Shown: positions 52,896-64,000 of the stretch, in pieces
How positions within the stretch are numbered: position 1 is the stretch's first letter
Layout of the letters: every line of letters begins with the position of its first letter
Assembly (NCBI GenBank): GCA_964019335.1
Contig: OZ025711.1
Coordinates: 62,001 to 126,000 of the forward strand
Origin: Diplonema japonicum
Taxonomy: Eukaryota; Protista; Euglenozoa: Diplonemea
Direction of reading: 5' to 3'
Length of the DNA: 64,000 nt
Program-made: the position numbers and the translations under genes
The notes under the pieces: model-generated
What the model was told of the DNA's origin: nothing
The model's input: the letters and a program-made list of their open reading frames with translations, nothing else
The model's database searches: none

Positions 52896-54640
52896 TCAAC
52901 TGCTATTTAACAACCCTTGCTTGACCCTCCCTAGAAGCGTCTTTTTGTGGACCTCGCTGAGCTCTTGGTTGGGGGGGAGGTCCCACAGGTCACCGCACGC
53001 ATCGTCTACCATTTGATTGAAGGTCTTTTCCGTGAACCTGTCAACGTGATGAACATTATTATTGATTATTTCAAAGAATAAAAATACCTCGGGTTGGTGG
53101 ACAACGCGTAGAGGGGCAAGATCTTCATTTCGATGAACTCACGCAGCTGCTGTTGGAAGTAGCCGTCCAGTACTTCACTGTTCTGCGAAAGGGACCGTTG
53201 TGCAGAGAGCTGTGCAGAGGGCTGTGGTGCAACCTGCGCATTAGACGTCCTCCTTGCTGAAGGTGCTGCTGAGTCCCTCATCGTGAACTCCGTCTGCGCA
53301 CCACCTATCTTCTGCGTCGGGTTGTCAGAAGCAAAAGCAGTGATGTCGATGAAGTACCTCACCCCTGCCCGCAGCACGTCTGGCTGGAACGAGAGGAACA
53401 GCGACAGAGGGGACGTCTTACCTATAGTGACCCAGCCATTCACGTAGAACTCGTCAATGTTGATAACTATAACCTTCGACTCCTCGTTCTCGTACCCCAG
53501 TGTGCACCGTATGTCGATGGGCATCTCATTCACCGCATGTGCCAACACTACCACAGGCTGCCCCGTCACAGCTTGCGCGGGAGGTGAAAGAGATATACAG
53601 TTCCCCCTCGCTTCCAACACAGGGAAGGCGCCTGCAATCCCGAAAGTAACTGACTTGAACACACTTGGCTGCGCCGAGACAACGTTCTGCGCGTGATTCG
53701 GATCCTGCCCCTCCACCCGCACATGCATCGTCAGGTACTGCTCAACGATGGATCTTAAATAAGCCAGCTCGGCGTTGGCAGGCTCGCGGCCCGTCTCTGC
53801 TGTGTTGTACATCTGTCGGAACTGCTGTGTGATACGTGCGGTGGCAGATGCGATGAGTTCGTCCTCTGAGTTGGGCATGCCCTGCATGAGGAGGTGCCCC
53901 GCTTCTATCATTACTGATTGTATGCTCACAGGCTCATGCTGTGCTGGCCCCCGTTGTGTGCTCGCCGGTTGCACCGGCGTATAAGAAGCACTCCTCGACA
54001 CATACCGCTGGTTGGTGAAGAGCGGACCCTCACCACCTTCAGGGACCACCCGCAGCGGGTGCTCGTAAGTAAGGCCGTCCAAATTTTGCAGCGGCTCGTA
54101 TTGATCGGTCCCAGGGACCCTCGACAGCAGGGTACCCCTCACGCCCATGTCGCCTAGCTTCTGGTGCAACTCTGTCACGGAAGCAACATCAAGGGTGACA
54201 CGCTTGGGGGTATTCTCCACAAGCAGCGTGAGGTGCTTTGAGGGGCTCTTCACTGGCTGTCCTGTGAAGGTTGCAAGTGTAAGCTTCAGCTCGTCCGGAA
54301 CATGCGACAGGTGTGTGTCAGTGAGGACCTGTCCTTGGTATAAAACCTCTCTGATGGGTATCCCAACACGTGACTGCAAGATGCCCACAAGATCAGCTGC
54401 ACGACTGCATGTGACGTCCCTCTCATACCACCTGTTCCCGCTGTTGTCGGTGAGGAGTATGTTGAAGGTGCGCACCACAGGCGGGTGGTTGTGGTTGTGG
54501 CGTGGCACCGAAGGGGTTCTGTTCGAAAGGTTCACCTGATGGACGGAATTGTCGTGCGGATAGTACGGTTCATAGACACCATTCACAGGGGACTGTGTGT
54601 AACCCGTCCTGGGCGACGTCACAGCAGGGGAGCGGTACAT
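52896..54640 (-). CDS. Hypothetical protein (~560 aa, 2 exons)
   Basis: 524-aa ORF extended across a GT-AG intron (~53038-53087) to ...KQGLLNSS*. Confidence 0.7.
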
Positions 54641-54999
54641 GTCTCCTTTTTAACTAAGTCACTGAAGAGAGCGCTCTGACAGGACTCTGCACGCTCACGG
54701 GCAGTGACTATGGTCTTCACAAGCGGCTCCTTCTCGCTCTTGGGAACCTCCTGCTGTTTGATGACCTCCAGTAGGATATTGAACAGTTCTATTTTCTGCA
54801 CCAGCTTCACCGACAACCTCCACTTCTCGTCTTCTCGACTGGTCTGGACCTTTCTGACGAACTCTGCGGTTTTTTTGATTTGTTTCTGCGCCCGTAGTCT
54901 GACGACTTCCCAGCTGTATCCCTTAAAGGAGTCTTGGATACGTGCCTCTTCGGCTTCTCTGTCTTGTGCGTTACTATCAGCAAGCTGTGCAGTGCTCAT
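54619..54999 (-). CDS. Small helical hypothetical protein, 126 aa
   Basis: Coding-like ORF whose 3' end overlaps the next ATG by 22 nt. Confidence 0.5.
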   Translation of the reverse strand: MSTAQLADSNAQDREAEEARIQDSFKGYSWEVVRLRAQKQIKKTAEFVRKVQTSREDEKWRLSVKLVQKIELFNILLEVIKQQEVPKSEKEPLVKTIVTARERAESCQSALFSDLVKKETCTAPLL

Positions 55000-55094
55000 C
55001 TAGAGGCGTGCATGTCCTACGTGCGTAGCATTGGGGCACGTGGGGGAGAAATAAAAATGGGGGGGAGGAAGAATATAAAGGCAGTGGAAACTGC

Positions 55095-57569
55095 TTACTC
55101 ATCCTCAACAGTTGAAGCAAAGCTCTCTTGCAGCTCCTCGTGGAGGGCGTCCTTGTTGGTGCCCAGCATATCCATCACTACCGCGTTCAGGTGTTTCAAG
55201 ATCGGCGTCTCAGGAACCGCAACCTTGCCCACTGTCCCGTCATGTTTTAGAATAAAGGCTTTCAGTTGTTTAGCTGCATGCACATATTTCTTCGTCCTGT
55301 AAGATTGGAAGAAAGATTTTATTGCCGCATCCAGGTCCAGCTGTACTTCCTTTTGCGCGCCCTTCTTTGTCTTCGTCTTTGCCCGCTCTTCTTTCATTGC
55401 TTGCTTCTTGATGGCGATTTCCTCCGCTGACCGCAGTCGGTAAATAATTTCATTGTGAAGCACCCCGAAGGGTGAAAACGAGCCCTTGACCGACCCATGA
55501 GCGCTCTTTCTTATTCTGATGCACGTCAGTATGTTCACTCCTGTGAAGTGCGCCAGGCGGCTCATTTTGAGAATTTTGCTGTACTCCTTTCCCGATATGA
55601 TCATTGTTTTAAAGGTGCCCGTGGTGACGATGCCCGTCTCGAAAGTGCCTTGCAGGAGGGACACAGTGGTGCGTGGGAGAATAACCTCGAATGCCGAGGG
55701 AGAGCTTTCATGGACTCTTTCGACAACACGGAATTGCTTTGCAAGGTCTTTGTACCCGCTAGTGAGCTTCAGGGCGAAGTTGCAGGCGCAAATGTGTCGC
55801 CTGCTTTCTGTGCTGTCACTCCACTCGAAATCTATAATAGCATACATGGGGTTGATGTCCACAACAGCCCCACCCGTACCAGCAGACACTGTGTACAGGA
55901 GCTTGTAGAAGCTGGCCAGCACACTGTCCACTGTCTTGACAGGGATATCGCTATCCGCGATGATCGCACTGTTCAGGTGTGCCGCAGACACCAAGGCGAA
56001 GGTCCTCTTGCTTGTGGCCAGCCCCAACGTTAGATTTACGTGCTTCGTTGTCCTGATGACAGGTGTTGTTGACATCTCCAAGATGTCTCCGTTCGTAGAG
56101 CTCCCTGACTCGAAGTCAGAAGCCAAGCTCGCACTGGATTCCCTTCTCGACATGTCGTTCTGATCGTCTTTCTCGTTAGTAAAGTTGATAGCGTTCGCCT
56201 CCACCTGGTCAATGCTTAGCCCGCCCTCCTTGACGACGGTATCCCAATCGAACACCCAAGAGGGCACGAAGGGGCAGAGCTGTGTCAGCGACTTGACAGC
56301 GTTGATAAGATGTTGCTCGATGCGCGACTCACCGACTACCTCCACGTCCAGCTCCCACTGCGAGATGCTGTGGCAGTACTTCGAGATCATCTCTGTGGTG
56401 CCCTCTGCGTTCATGAAGTCGTATCTCAGGCTCGCCTCGTTGCGCGCTGAGATCTGGAACTCCCATATGATGAAGACTTGGAAAGAGCCGTAGACGAGCA
56501 AGCAGCATGCCAGCGTGACCCATAGCACACTCTCCTTCTCTGTGTCGGTGACCTCCTCATGCAAGGTGTCCTGCAGAGACGACACCATCCTCACCAGCAG
56601 GAGGTCCATCTCGCTGCTGAAGGATGACGTGAAGTACTCCGACGGCCCTAGCGGCGGAACACTGTAGTTTGTCGTTGGAACAAAGTCGGTGCAGAAAGGG
56701 AGCACGTTCGTGAGCACCGTCGCAGCCTGTAGGTACTCAAGTGCCACGTTTGTTGTCTGGCAGCTTAGCTTAAAGATGGAGTATACAAACGAGCTCCCCG
56801 GCAGGGCGGTGCCTTCCAGGAGCCCCACTTGTGCTATGTACATTGCCAGCATTGTTTGGAAATCCACTTCCGTCTGCAGGAGCCCCAGAAGGTTTTGCAC
56901 GAGGTCCGCCTTGTGTCCTTTGTCCTCAATGCGTTGGATGCGTGCAGTGAGCAGCAGCAGTTCGTGAAGAACGGTGCCCGCCTGCGCGATAAGGTCCGCC
57001 TCGGTTTCCGAAGTGAAGTTGTTTCGCAGGGTTTTCAAGAATGTGTTTGGAACATGCAGTGCCACACCTTCGGAGACGAAGCCGAGGCCTGACCCGTACC
57101 CAGCATGGTTTAGAAGGGCATTATGGAATCCGTCTGTTTTGTTCTGAAGGCGGGCAGCATGTGCGTTGCTGGTGGTCATCGTGTGGGTGTAGTACTGCAC
57201 CTCTTCGATGATACTGTTTGACAAGCTGCCCAATGCCAAGCAGGCCTTCGTGGCACCGGAGTCTTTCCGAATAGTGTCCCGAGTGCTGAGGGCGTCTGTC
57301 AACTCCACAAAGCTGATGACGAGGATGACCGCAGCTCCACTCATGAAGATCATGCCCAAGAACATCGGGCTGCCATACAGCATGGTGCCGCCTTGCGAGT
57401 CGCTGGGCTTGGTGTTCTCCTCGGGTACAATGCTCTTCCGCTTGGCGGATCTGACAGGCTTAGCAGTGCCTTCTGTGCACACAGACTCCACATCCGTCAC
57501 TTCGTCTGCAACACTTTCAAGGTACTCATTCCAGTCGAGCCCCGAGTCGGTCACAGTGGTGGTGGTCAT
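55095..57569 (-). CDS. Two-TM receptor-like protein with degenerate class III nucleotide-cyclase-like domain, 824 aa
   Basis: Hydrophobic segments MFLGMIFMSGAAVILVISFV and VLWVTLACCLLVYGSFQVFIIW; linker LCPFVP; cyclase-like spacing TGGAVVDI..ACNFAL..QGTFETGIV..MIISG..SRL, without obvious catalytic Asp residues. Confidence 0.6.
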   Translation of the reverse strand: MTTTTVTDSGLDWNEYLESVADEVTDVESVCTEGTAKPVRSAKRKSIVPEENTKPSDSQGGTMLYGSPMFLGMIFMSGAAVILVISFVELTDALSTRDTIRKDSGATKACLALGSLSNSIIEEVQYYTHTMTTSNAHAARLQNKTDGFHNALLNHAGYGSGLGFVSEGVALHVPNTFLKTLRNNFTSETEADLIAQAGTVLHELLLLTARIQRIEDKGHKADLVQNLLGLLQTEVDFQTMLAMYIAQVGLLEGTALPGSSFVYSIFKLSCQTTNVALEYLQAATVLTNVLPFCTDFVPTTNYSVPPLGPSEYFTSSFSSEMDLLLVRMVSSLQDTLHEEVTDTEKESVLWVTLACCLLVYGSFQVFIIWEFQISARNEASLRYDFMNAEGTTEMISKYCHSISQWELDVEVVGESRIEQHLINAVKSLTQLCPFVPSWVFDWDTVVKEGGLSIDQVEANAINFTNEKDDQNDMSRRESSASLASDFESGSSTNGDILEMSTTPVIRTTKHVNLTLGLATSKRTFALVSAAHLNSAIIADSDIPVKTVDSVLASFYKLLYTVSAGTGGAVVDINPMYAIIDFEWSDSTESRRHICACNFALKLTSGYKDLAKQFRVVERVHESSPSAFEVILPRTTVSLLQGTFETGIVTTGTFKTMIISGKEYSKILKMSRLAHFTGVNILTCIRIRKSAHGSVKGSFSPFGVLHNEIIYRLRSAEEIAIKKQAMKEERAKTKTKKGAQKEVQLDLDAAIKSFFQSYRTKKYVHAAKQLKAFILKHDGTVGKVAVPETPILKHLNAVVMDMLGTNKDALHEELQESFASTVEDE

Positions 57570-58410
57570 TGTTGCAAGAACTAGAGTGCATTGAAGTGAA
57601 AAGGCAGACGTACTATGGGAAAAAAAATAGGATGCATGGGGGCAAGGGTGGGGTATGGGGACACGGTGTGCAGGGAAAGGGAGCTGAGGATAAAAATGTT
57701 GGGTTGCTGTGGAATAGCCTTTTTTTTTTTGTTAAAAAAAGTACACTTTCTTTTTTTTTCTTTTTTTTTTTTTTTTTTTTTCCGTTTAAAAAATACCCTT
57801 CGCCTATGCCCTTCCACCCAGGCTCTCCTCTACCACCTTCGCACTATTAGGGGGTTTTTTCTTGTGTGTAGGTGACCAGCATCAGCACGAAGTGTAGAGA
57901 TAGTGCATAAAGTTAAAAGGCGAGAGCGCGAAGGAGAGAGCAGAGAGCTGGCAAGGGGGGACACAGCTGAAAGGTAACTCAAAACAAATAAGAAGCAGAA
58001 AAAAAGGGGGGAAAGTTAGTTTTAAATCAGAGTATCATACAATTTTTTTCTTCTGAGGGGGGGGGGGGACCCTACTTTTTTTATACTACTTTTGAAGCCT
58101 TTTTTTTTCGTCCCTTTTGTAATTTACTCCAAAGAAAAAATTTTCTTCATCATGTTTCAAAAAAAAAATCTTGTGTAAGGGAAAAGCGAACAAAAAAAAA
58201 GAAAGAAAGAGGGAAAAGGGGCATGAAGGGGGGGGGGGGGGGGGGGGGTTCCTAAATCTAGAATAACAGTTAATATGCCCTTTAAAGAAGAAGAAAAAAA
58301 AAAAGAAACCATGAGTAGAAAGGACTTCACCCATGTATGCCAGACGGCAGGAAAAAGAAAAGAAGAAATGGAGAAGAACATATCGGTGGTTCGGACGGTA
58401 AAAAATGGTT

Positions 58411-58449
<39 letters not shown>

Positions 58450-58748
58450 CCCGGGAGAAAGATAAAAGGGGGAGGCTGGTGGTTCTGAAGTAGATTCGAT
58501 GTCTTCGTCACAAAAAAAAGTGGCTGGGTGAAAAAAAAAAAAAAAAAAAACGGGGGCTCAAATTAAAGAACTAGACACACTCTTTTTTTTTTTTTTTTTT
58601 TTTTCGTCTTTTTTTTTTTATATTATTATTTGGTCTTTAGTTTTTTTAAACCCCCTCAATTTCTTTTTTTTTCTTTCTTTCTTCCCCCCCCCCCCCTACC
58701 ACCCCCTTTTTTTCCTGTTATTACTTTAAAAAAAAAATCCCATTAACC

Positions 58749-58939
58749 TCAACCCTGCATCGCCTCCCGAAATGCATTGTCATAACCCGCACTTGGAATC
58801 GCATTTTGAGACTTAAGCCAATCCAATATACTTCTGCACAGCATTGCCACTGTTTCCCTTACTTCAGAGCTTCTTCTCTTAGAGGCACGGATGAAGAGCT
58901 TAGCTTCATTGAACACCGGGGATGCTGCAGTAGCTATGC

Positions 58940-58980
<41 letters not shown>

Positions 58981-61900
58981 CTTTTTCCTCCGGTTCATAC
59001 ATGATTCCTTATAGAACATGACAAGCTTTTTAATGATTTCTTTGGTCTTCTCCTGCGTCTTCCACTCCTTCGATGATTTCATATCGACGAACTCCTTAGC
59101 AAGGATACCGGACATGATTTGCGACAGTGGTTGTTTTGTCCCACATTCATCCTGTTTTTTTTTTTTTTTTTTTTTCTTGTCCTAAGAAAACACACCTTAA
59201 TCTTTTCAAATTTCGCGTCAGTGAGGAGAAGGTGCGCCACTTTGACGCTGACATCAGGCGACTTCTCTAAAGAAGAAGCTGCATCTGCGATGAAGCCCTT
59301 GGCACTGCTTTGGTCGATCAGAGCCAGATGCACAGCTGAACTGCTCGGCACGGACAGAGAGGCGAACATCTTGATGATGGGTGTGAGCTGGTCAGCAGGC
59401 AGGTTCTCGATATTATCGGGGGTTATGCTCCCTGCACACGCATCTGTTCGTGTTTTGATAAAAGAAAGAAATATTGGCATACTCATCACATGGTACCCCA
59501 GCTCCGCCTGCATCACAGAGGTGTCCTGCATGGCCCTAACGAGCTCCCCAAAGCAGGTCCACAGCTTCGGGCAGTCCTCCACCTTCCCGGAGGAGAACAT
59601 GTTCTCGGCGGCAGCAGCGAAGACAGCGTTCACATCGATCGATTTCTGTAGATAGTGCCGCGTGTCTAGGTGTGAGGATACCATTTTGCCGATCAGCTTC
59701 ACGAGCTCAACCCTGCCCTTTTGGTAGCTAGTTCTCTCTGTTGCTTTGATCACGCACCCAGTCACGAGGTCCGACGTTCTGACATCTGGCTGCTCCAACT
59801 GTTGTGGTGTTGTGTTGTGTTGTTGTGTGTCACACCTCGCTCTTCAAGGAGTCGATGGTGTCGTTGCCCTCGTGCAGATCCCTCACTACAGAGTCTGCGG
59901 TGATGGCGGGTGGTTTGGCTGTCGGTGCCGTCGACTTCTGCCACGTTGCTTTCGCAGTGGTGGTAGGTGGCGGCTTGCTTTGGTGTGTCTTGGGGTTCCA
60001 CCCAAACATAGTTTTAGTCTCCTTCAGTTCTCTATTTCTCTGTGGTGTGGTTTTTAGCCTTGTCCCTTCTCCCATACATGGAATTCATCGATTTTCTGTG
60101 GAGCGTCCTCCTCTGTTCTTGGAACCCACTTCCGCTCCTCTCTCAGCTCGATCACGTTCATCAGGAAGAACTTGACTCGGGTCGACACATGCTCGGAGTT
60201 TTGCAAGGCCTTCATCCTCTTGATGTAGTAGTCCATGTAGTCCTGTGGTGAGGGTGAACATAAAGTGCTGTGATGCCATACCGCCGCCTTCTCTGTGTCG
60301 AGCTCCTTGCCTACGGTCTGCATGAGCTGTGTCATTGTCTCCAGTTGCTCGTCGTCAACGGAGTTCTGCGACAACAGGATGCGCAGCACCTGGTGCATGA
60401 TCTTCTCTGTCAACAGCTGGCGCTTGAACAGCTCGCCCACAAAGTGGATGTTAGCGACAGCACGCTTTCGCATGGCGGTTTCCTTTGCAGTCTCTTCGCT
60501 TGCTCCCTTCTGCTTTGTTTCCTTGTTTTCGTTACGCCTGCTGAACTCTTCTGAGAGCTGCTCGAACTCAGATTGGCATTTGTTGATGAGCTGCCTCCTG
60601 AAAGGAGACTTCCCAAGGGATGTGACGCCCTCCTGCTTCACCTGCGATTTGCTTACATCCAGACACAGCTGGGCGTAGACAGTGCTGAACTTCTTTGTGG
60701 TCACCGCCACCTCGTACACCGCATTCACCACACTCTCAAGCGTGAAGCCACTCTCGGTGTCTCCCCCACTCACTTCCACCACCAGATCAATCATCTTCGC
60801 TACTTGCGTGTCGTATTTTTCGGGTGTCAACTTGTTTAGAATGCTCGTCACTCGCATTCTCATCTGTTGTGATTTGTTGTTTTTTGTGATGTGCTTGCGG
60901 GTATACCTTTTCAGCTGGCGTCGCCTTCTGCCTCACTTCAGACAGAGCGTTGTTCCCAGAGACACCCGACTTAGTACGATCTTCGGTCCTCCAGCCTGTA
61001 GGGTGTCTTTTAAAGTTTTTGAATAGCATACTAGGTCCCAGCTTCTTTGCCCACCGATCGCCGTACTCCTTTGTGAAATCACAGAGAGGTTTAATGGTCG
61101 ATTTCAAGGCCTCCAAGTTGCTGGCGACAGAGTTCTGTATGAGGACCAGATCATCGAAGGAATGGTGGTGGGGGCCGGCGGATGGCTTGTGGCCTGGCGG
61201 GGCCACAATCTCAATAGCCTTGGATTCCCTTGCCGGTGTGTCTCTCGATTGAGTCTTCGGCATGAACTCTGCAGCATTAGGATCCAGAGGTCCAGAGTTT
61301 GTAGAAGAGGCGTGAGGTACGGTCGGTGACCCCCCTGGCATGTCCATGTGGTGGGGGTGCGGAAGGGCACCTGGAGCATACGGGGGCATGATCACTTGCT
61401 GAGGGGGTTGTGGTTGCTGCCCAACGTTGGGTCTTTGGAGTTGCGTCATAGGTGGCAACTGCTGCTGAGGCTGCGGTTGAGCCTGCGGCTGTTGTGCAGG
61501 CGGCTGTTGCTGTACAGGCGGCTCAGGCTGCGGCTGTACAGGCGTTGGCTTCGAAGTTAGAAAATCTGCCTTAGCTTCAGTCTTTTTCGCGGTTGTCACC
61601 GTGGGCAGGTTGGTTGGCATCCTTGTGTTCTTCTTGCCCTTCGCGGTCTCTCCTGTCCTCCCACACGAGGCGTCGCACCCAATCATGCTGCAGAAGTCGA
61701 CGCACTTGTGGTCATCCTTCTTCAATCTACCACAGCCGCATCCTACCTTCGGTCCCGCTGCTGGTGCAGGCGGTTTTGTCTCTGCCTTGTCCCCCAAGGG
61801 GTTCGGCATGGTGGGCACCGGCTGTGACGTGGGTTGTGGTTGCGCGGGCTGCGGTTGGGCGTGGAAAGTCCCAAGGGGAGCACGACCCTGTGCAGGCTGC

Positions 61901-62574
61901 GGTGGATGCGAAGGTTGCTGCGGCTGCTGAGGCTGAGCCTGCTGCGGTTGGGCCTGCTGGGGTTGTTGCTGAGGCTGTTGCTGCTGAGGCTGCTGTTGAG
62001 GCTGTTGCTGGGGCGGTGGTGGTGATTGTTGCTGAGGCTGAGCTGGATGAGGGGGGGACTCTTCTTCGACGGGAGGCTCGCGTGTGGCCATCACCATACC
62101 GGTGATGGGGTTGATCATCTGCGGCCTGGGCTCTCTCGATGCAGCGGCACCTTGCATTTGGGAGTACTGGTGGTCAGGATACTGCTGGTCGTATCCGTAA
62201 GGCTGCTGGTTGTGAGCATGCTGGTGCTGGTGCTGGTGTTGGTGTTGGTGTTGGTGCTGGTGCTGGTGTTGATGTTGGTGGTGATGGTGGTGATGGTGCA
62301 TTGGAGACCCATGTTGCGGGAGGGACATGTTTTGGTACATCATGTGCTGGTGGTGCTGGTGGTGGTGTTGGTGCTGAGGCTGGTGTTGGTGCTGGTGTTG
62401 GTGAGGCTGTTGGTGAGGCTGTGGGTACTGGTGCTGGTGCTGGTGTTGGTGCTGATGCTGGTGCTGGTGCTGGTGCTGGTGCTGGTGCTGGTGTTGTTGG
62501 TGGATCTGCTGGTGGTGCTGATGCTGGTGGTGCTGGTGCTGGTGCTGGTGCTGGTTTGCGTAAGGGTAACTCAT
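58749..62574 (-). CDS. eIF4G-like translation initiation factor (MIF4G), 7 exons, HQ/PQ-rich N-terminus
   Basis: SILNKLTPEKY, FSTVYAQLC, FRRQLINKCQSEF, NIHFVGELFK, RVKFFLMNVIELR..W; 4E-binding-like HSFDDLV. Confidence 0.88.
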
Positions 62575-62870
62575 TTCACCGGCTTCTCACCCTTAGGGCC
62601 CAAGTGCTTAAAGCACGACGTAGTAGCTCAAGAGAAAACCTGTTTCAGATGCTTACAGCTCTGCGACCATGTGCAGGGGTATGTGTGGTGTGTTTCTGTT
62701 GGAAAGGTATTATTAAAAATATTTTTAGTTGTAAAACGTTTCTTTGACCTTGTAGGCAAGAAAAGAATATCGTTTGACGGCTAACCAAGCTGCTTGCAAT
62801 TGCCTACGGCGGCATGCCTGCCCATGATGTCACCGTCAGTGGAGTTCAATCCTTTCATTCGGTAACAACT

Positions 62871-63980
62871 GGATCAGGGCTAATGTGGAAACGTTCGTAT
62901 CATTCAATTGTCAAACTCGAAAGATGGTGATTTAGTTTTTGTTTGTCATCACTTGTGTCATCATAGGGCGGGTGTGGGTTTAAGTAGGTATGGGAAGAAA
63001 AAGATGATCAGGCCTGTTGAGTTTGACATAATTTTTGTGGTTTAGCTCCACACGGAGGTCAGTGACAGTGATCTCCATAAAGCTGAAACAATTTCATGCA
63101 TCATGTGTAGTTTGCAAAAGGAAAACAAAAAGACATTCACAACCATAAAAAGCCTCCCTCTGGGGTTTAAAGAAAAGCATTGGGTGTGTTCACAAAGAGA
63201 CCTTCACTATATCACTTGTGTCATCACAGGGCGGGTGTCCCTCCCTCGTGTCCACAGTCCATCAGCAGCTTATGTGGAAACGTTCGTATCATTCAATTGT
63301 CAAACTCGAAAGATGGTGATTTAGTTTTTGTTTGTCATCACTTGTGGTTTCTGAGTTTCAACTGCTCTTCTTTAGCCAAATAAAAAAAGGGCGGTGTTTT
63401 TGATCAGGCCTGTTGAGTTTGACATAATTTTTGTGGTTTAGCTCCACACGGAGGTCAGTGACAGTGATCTCCATAAAGCCGAAACAATTTCATGCATCAT
63501 GTGTAGTTTGTTAAAGGAAAAACAAAAAAAGCCACAAAAAGCATCCCTCTGGGGTTTAAAGAAAAGCATTGGGTGTGTTCACAAAGAGACTTTCACTATA
63601 TCACTTGTGTCATCATAGGGGTACCGGTTTCAGGTGTGTCACACAGGTGATGTATTACACATGGTTGTCCCACGCCGCGTCAGGGCCTGAAGGCTGCACA
63701 GCTGGGTTAGAATATGTGTACCGCAGCAAGGGGCTTGCACCCCCTGTTGGCTTGCTTTACGAGCCGATCAGCGGGGAGCTGTGCACCATCAGCAAGGTGC
63801 CTCCCATCCAAGTGTCGGTCGATGTTTGGGGATGTGATGTGTTTGGTTTCTTTTCCTTTTGGGTTTTGATCAGGCCTGTTGAGTTTGACATAATTTTTGT
63901 GGTTTAGCTCCACACGGAGGTCAGTGACAGTGATCTCCATAAAGCCGAAACAATTTCATGCATCATGTGTAGTTTGCAAA
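62871..63980 (-). ncRNA. snoRNA array locus 3 (B' A C B A C D A), probably continuing beyond the window
   Basis: A at 63008, 63404, 63870; B at 62874 (variant), 63262; D at 63648. 63005-63970 is nearly identical to 51500-52465. Confidence 0.8.
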
Positions 63981-64000
63981 GGAAACCTAAGGAAAAAACA

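Overview
Eukaryotic (protist) genomic DNA with homopolymer-rich intergenic and intronic sequence. All about 17 host protein genes and all snoRNA-like genes are on the minus strand, some only 45-100 nt apart. That layout, with short GT-AG introns, suggests a polycistronic, probably trans-splicing euglenozoan such as a diplonemid (inference). Hand-spliced genes: a giant surface protein of more than 2550 aa running off the left edge; a myristoylated tandem pseudo-PDE/PDE; a CID-like protein; a CCCH/SAM-like protein; an Ero1-fumarate reductase-cytochrome b5 triple fusion; a six-repeat Mib-SH3-like protein with N- and C-terminal lipidation motifs; a bacterial-type methyltransferase; ankyrin-FYVE; a gammaproteobacterial-like FolD; PB1-WD40; a degenerate receptor cyclase; and eIF4G. 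Three dispersed, shuffled arrays of near-identical modules read as box C/D snoRNAs plus a snR30/U17-like RNA. Mobile DNA: an intronic antisense non-LTR retrotransposon (OTU-like ORF1, 2A-like motif, APE, RT), a deleted piggyBac nested in a palindrome-rich element, and several MITE-like hairpins. Top candidates for new biology are the Ero1-FRD-b5 fusion (possible self-contained O2-independent disulfide formation), introns with poly(A) instead of polypyrimidine 3' splice sites, and the modular snoRNA/snR30 arrays. All gene models were derived by eye and no database searches were run.
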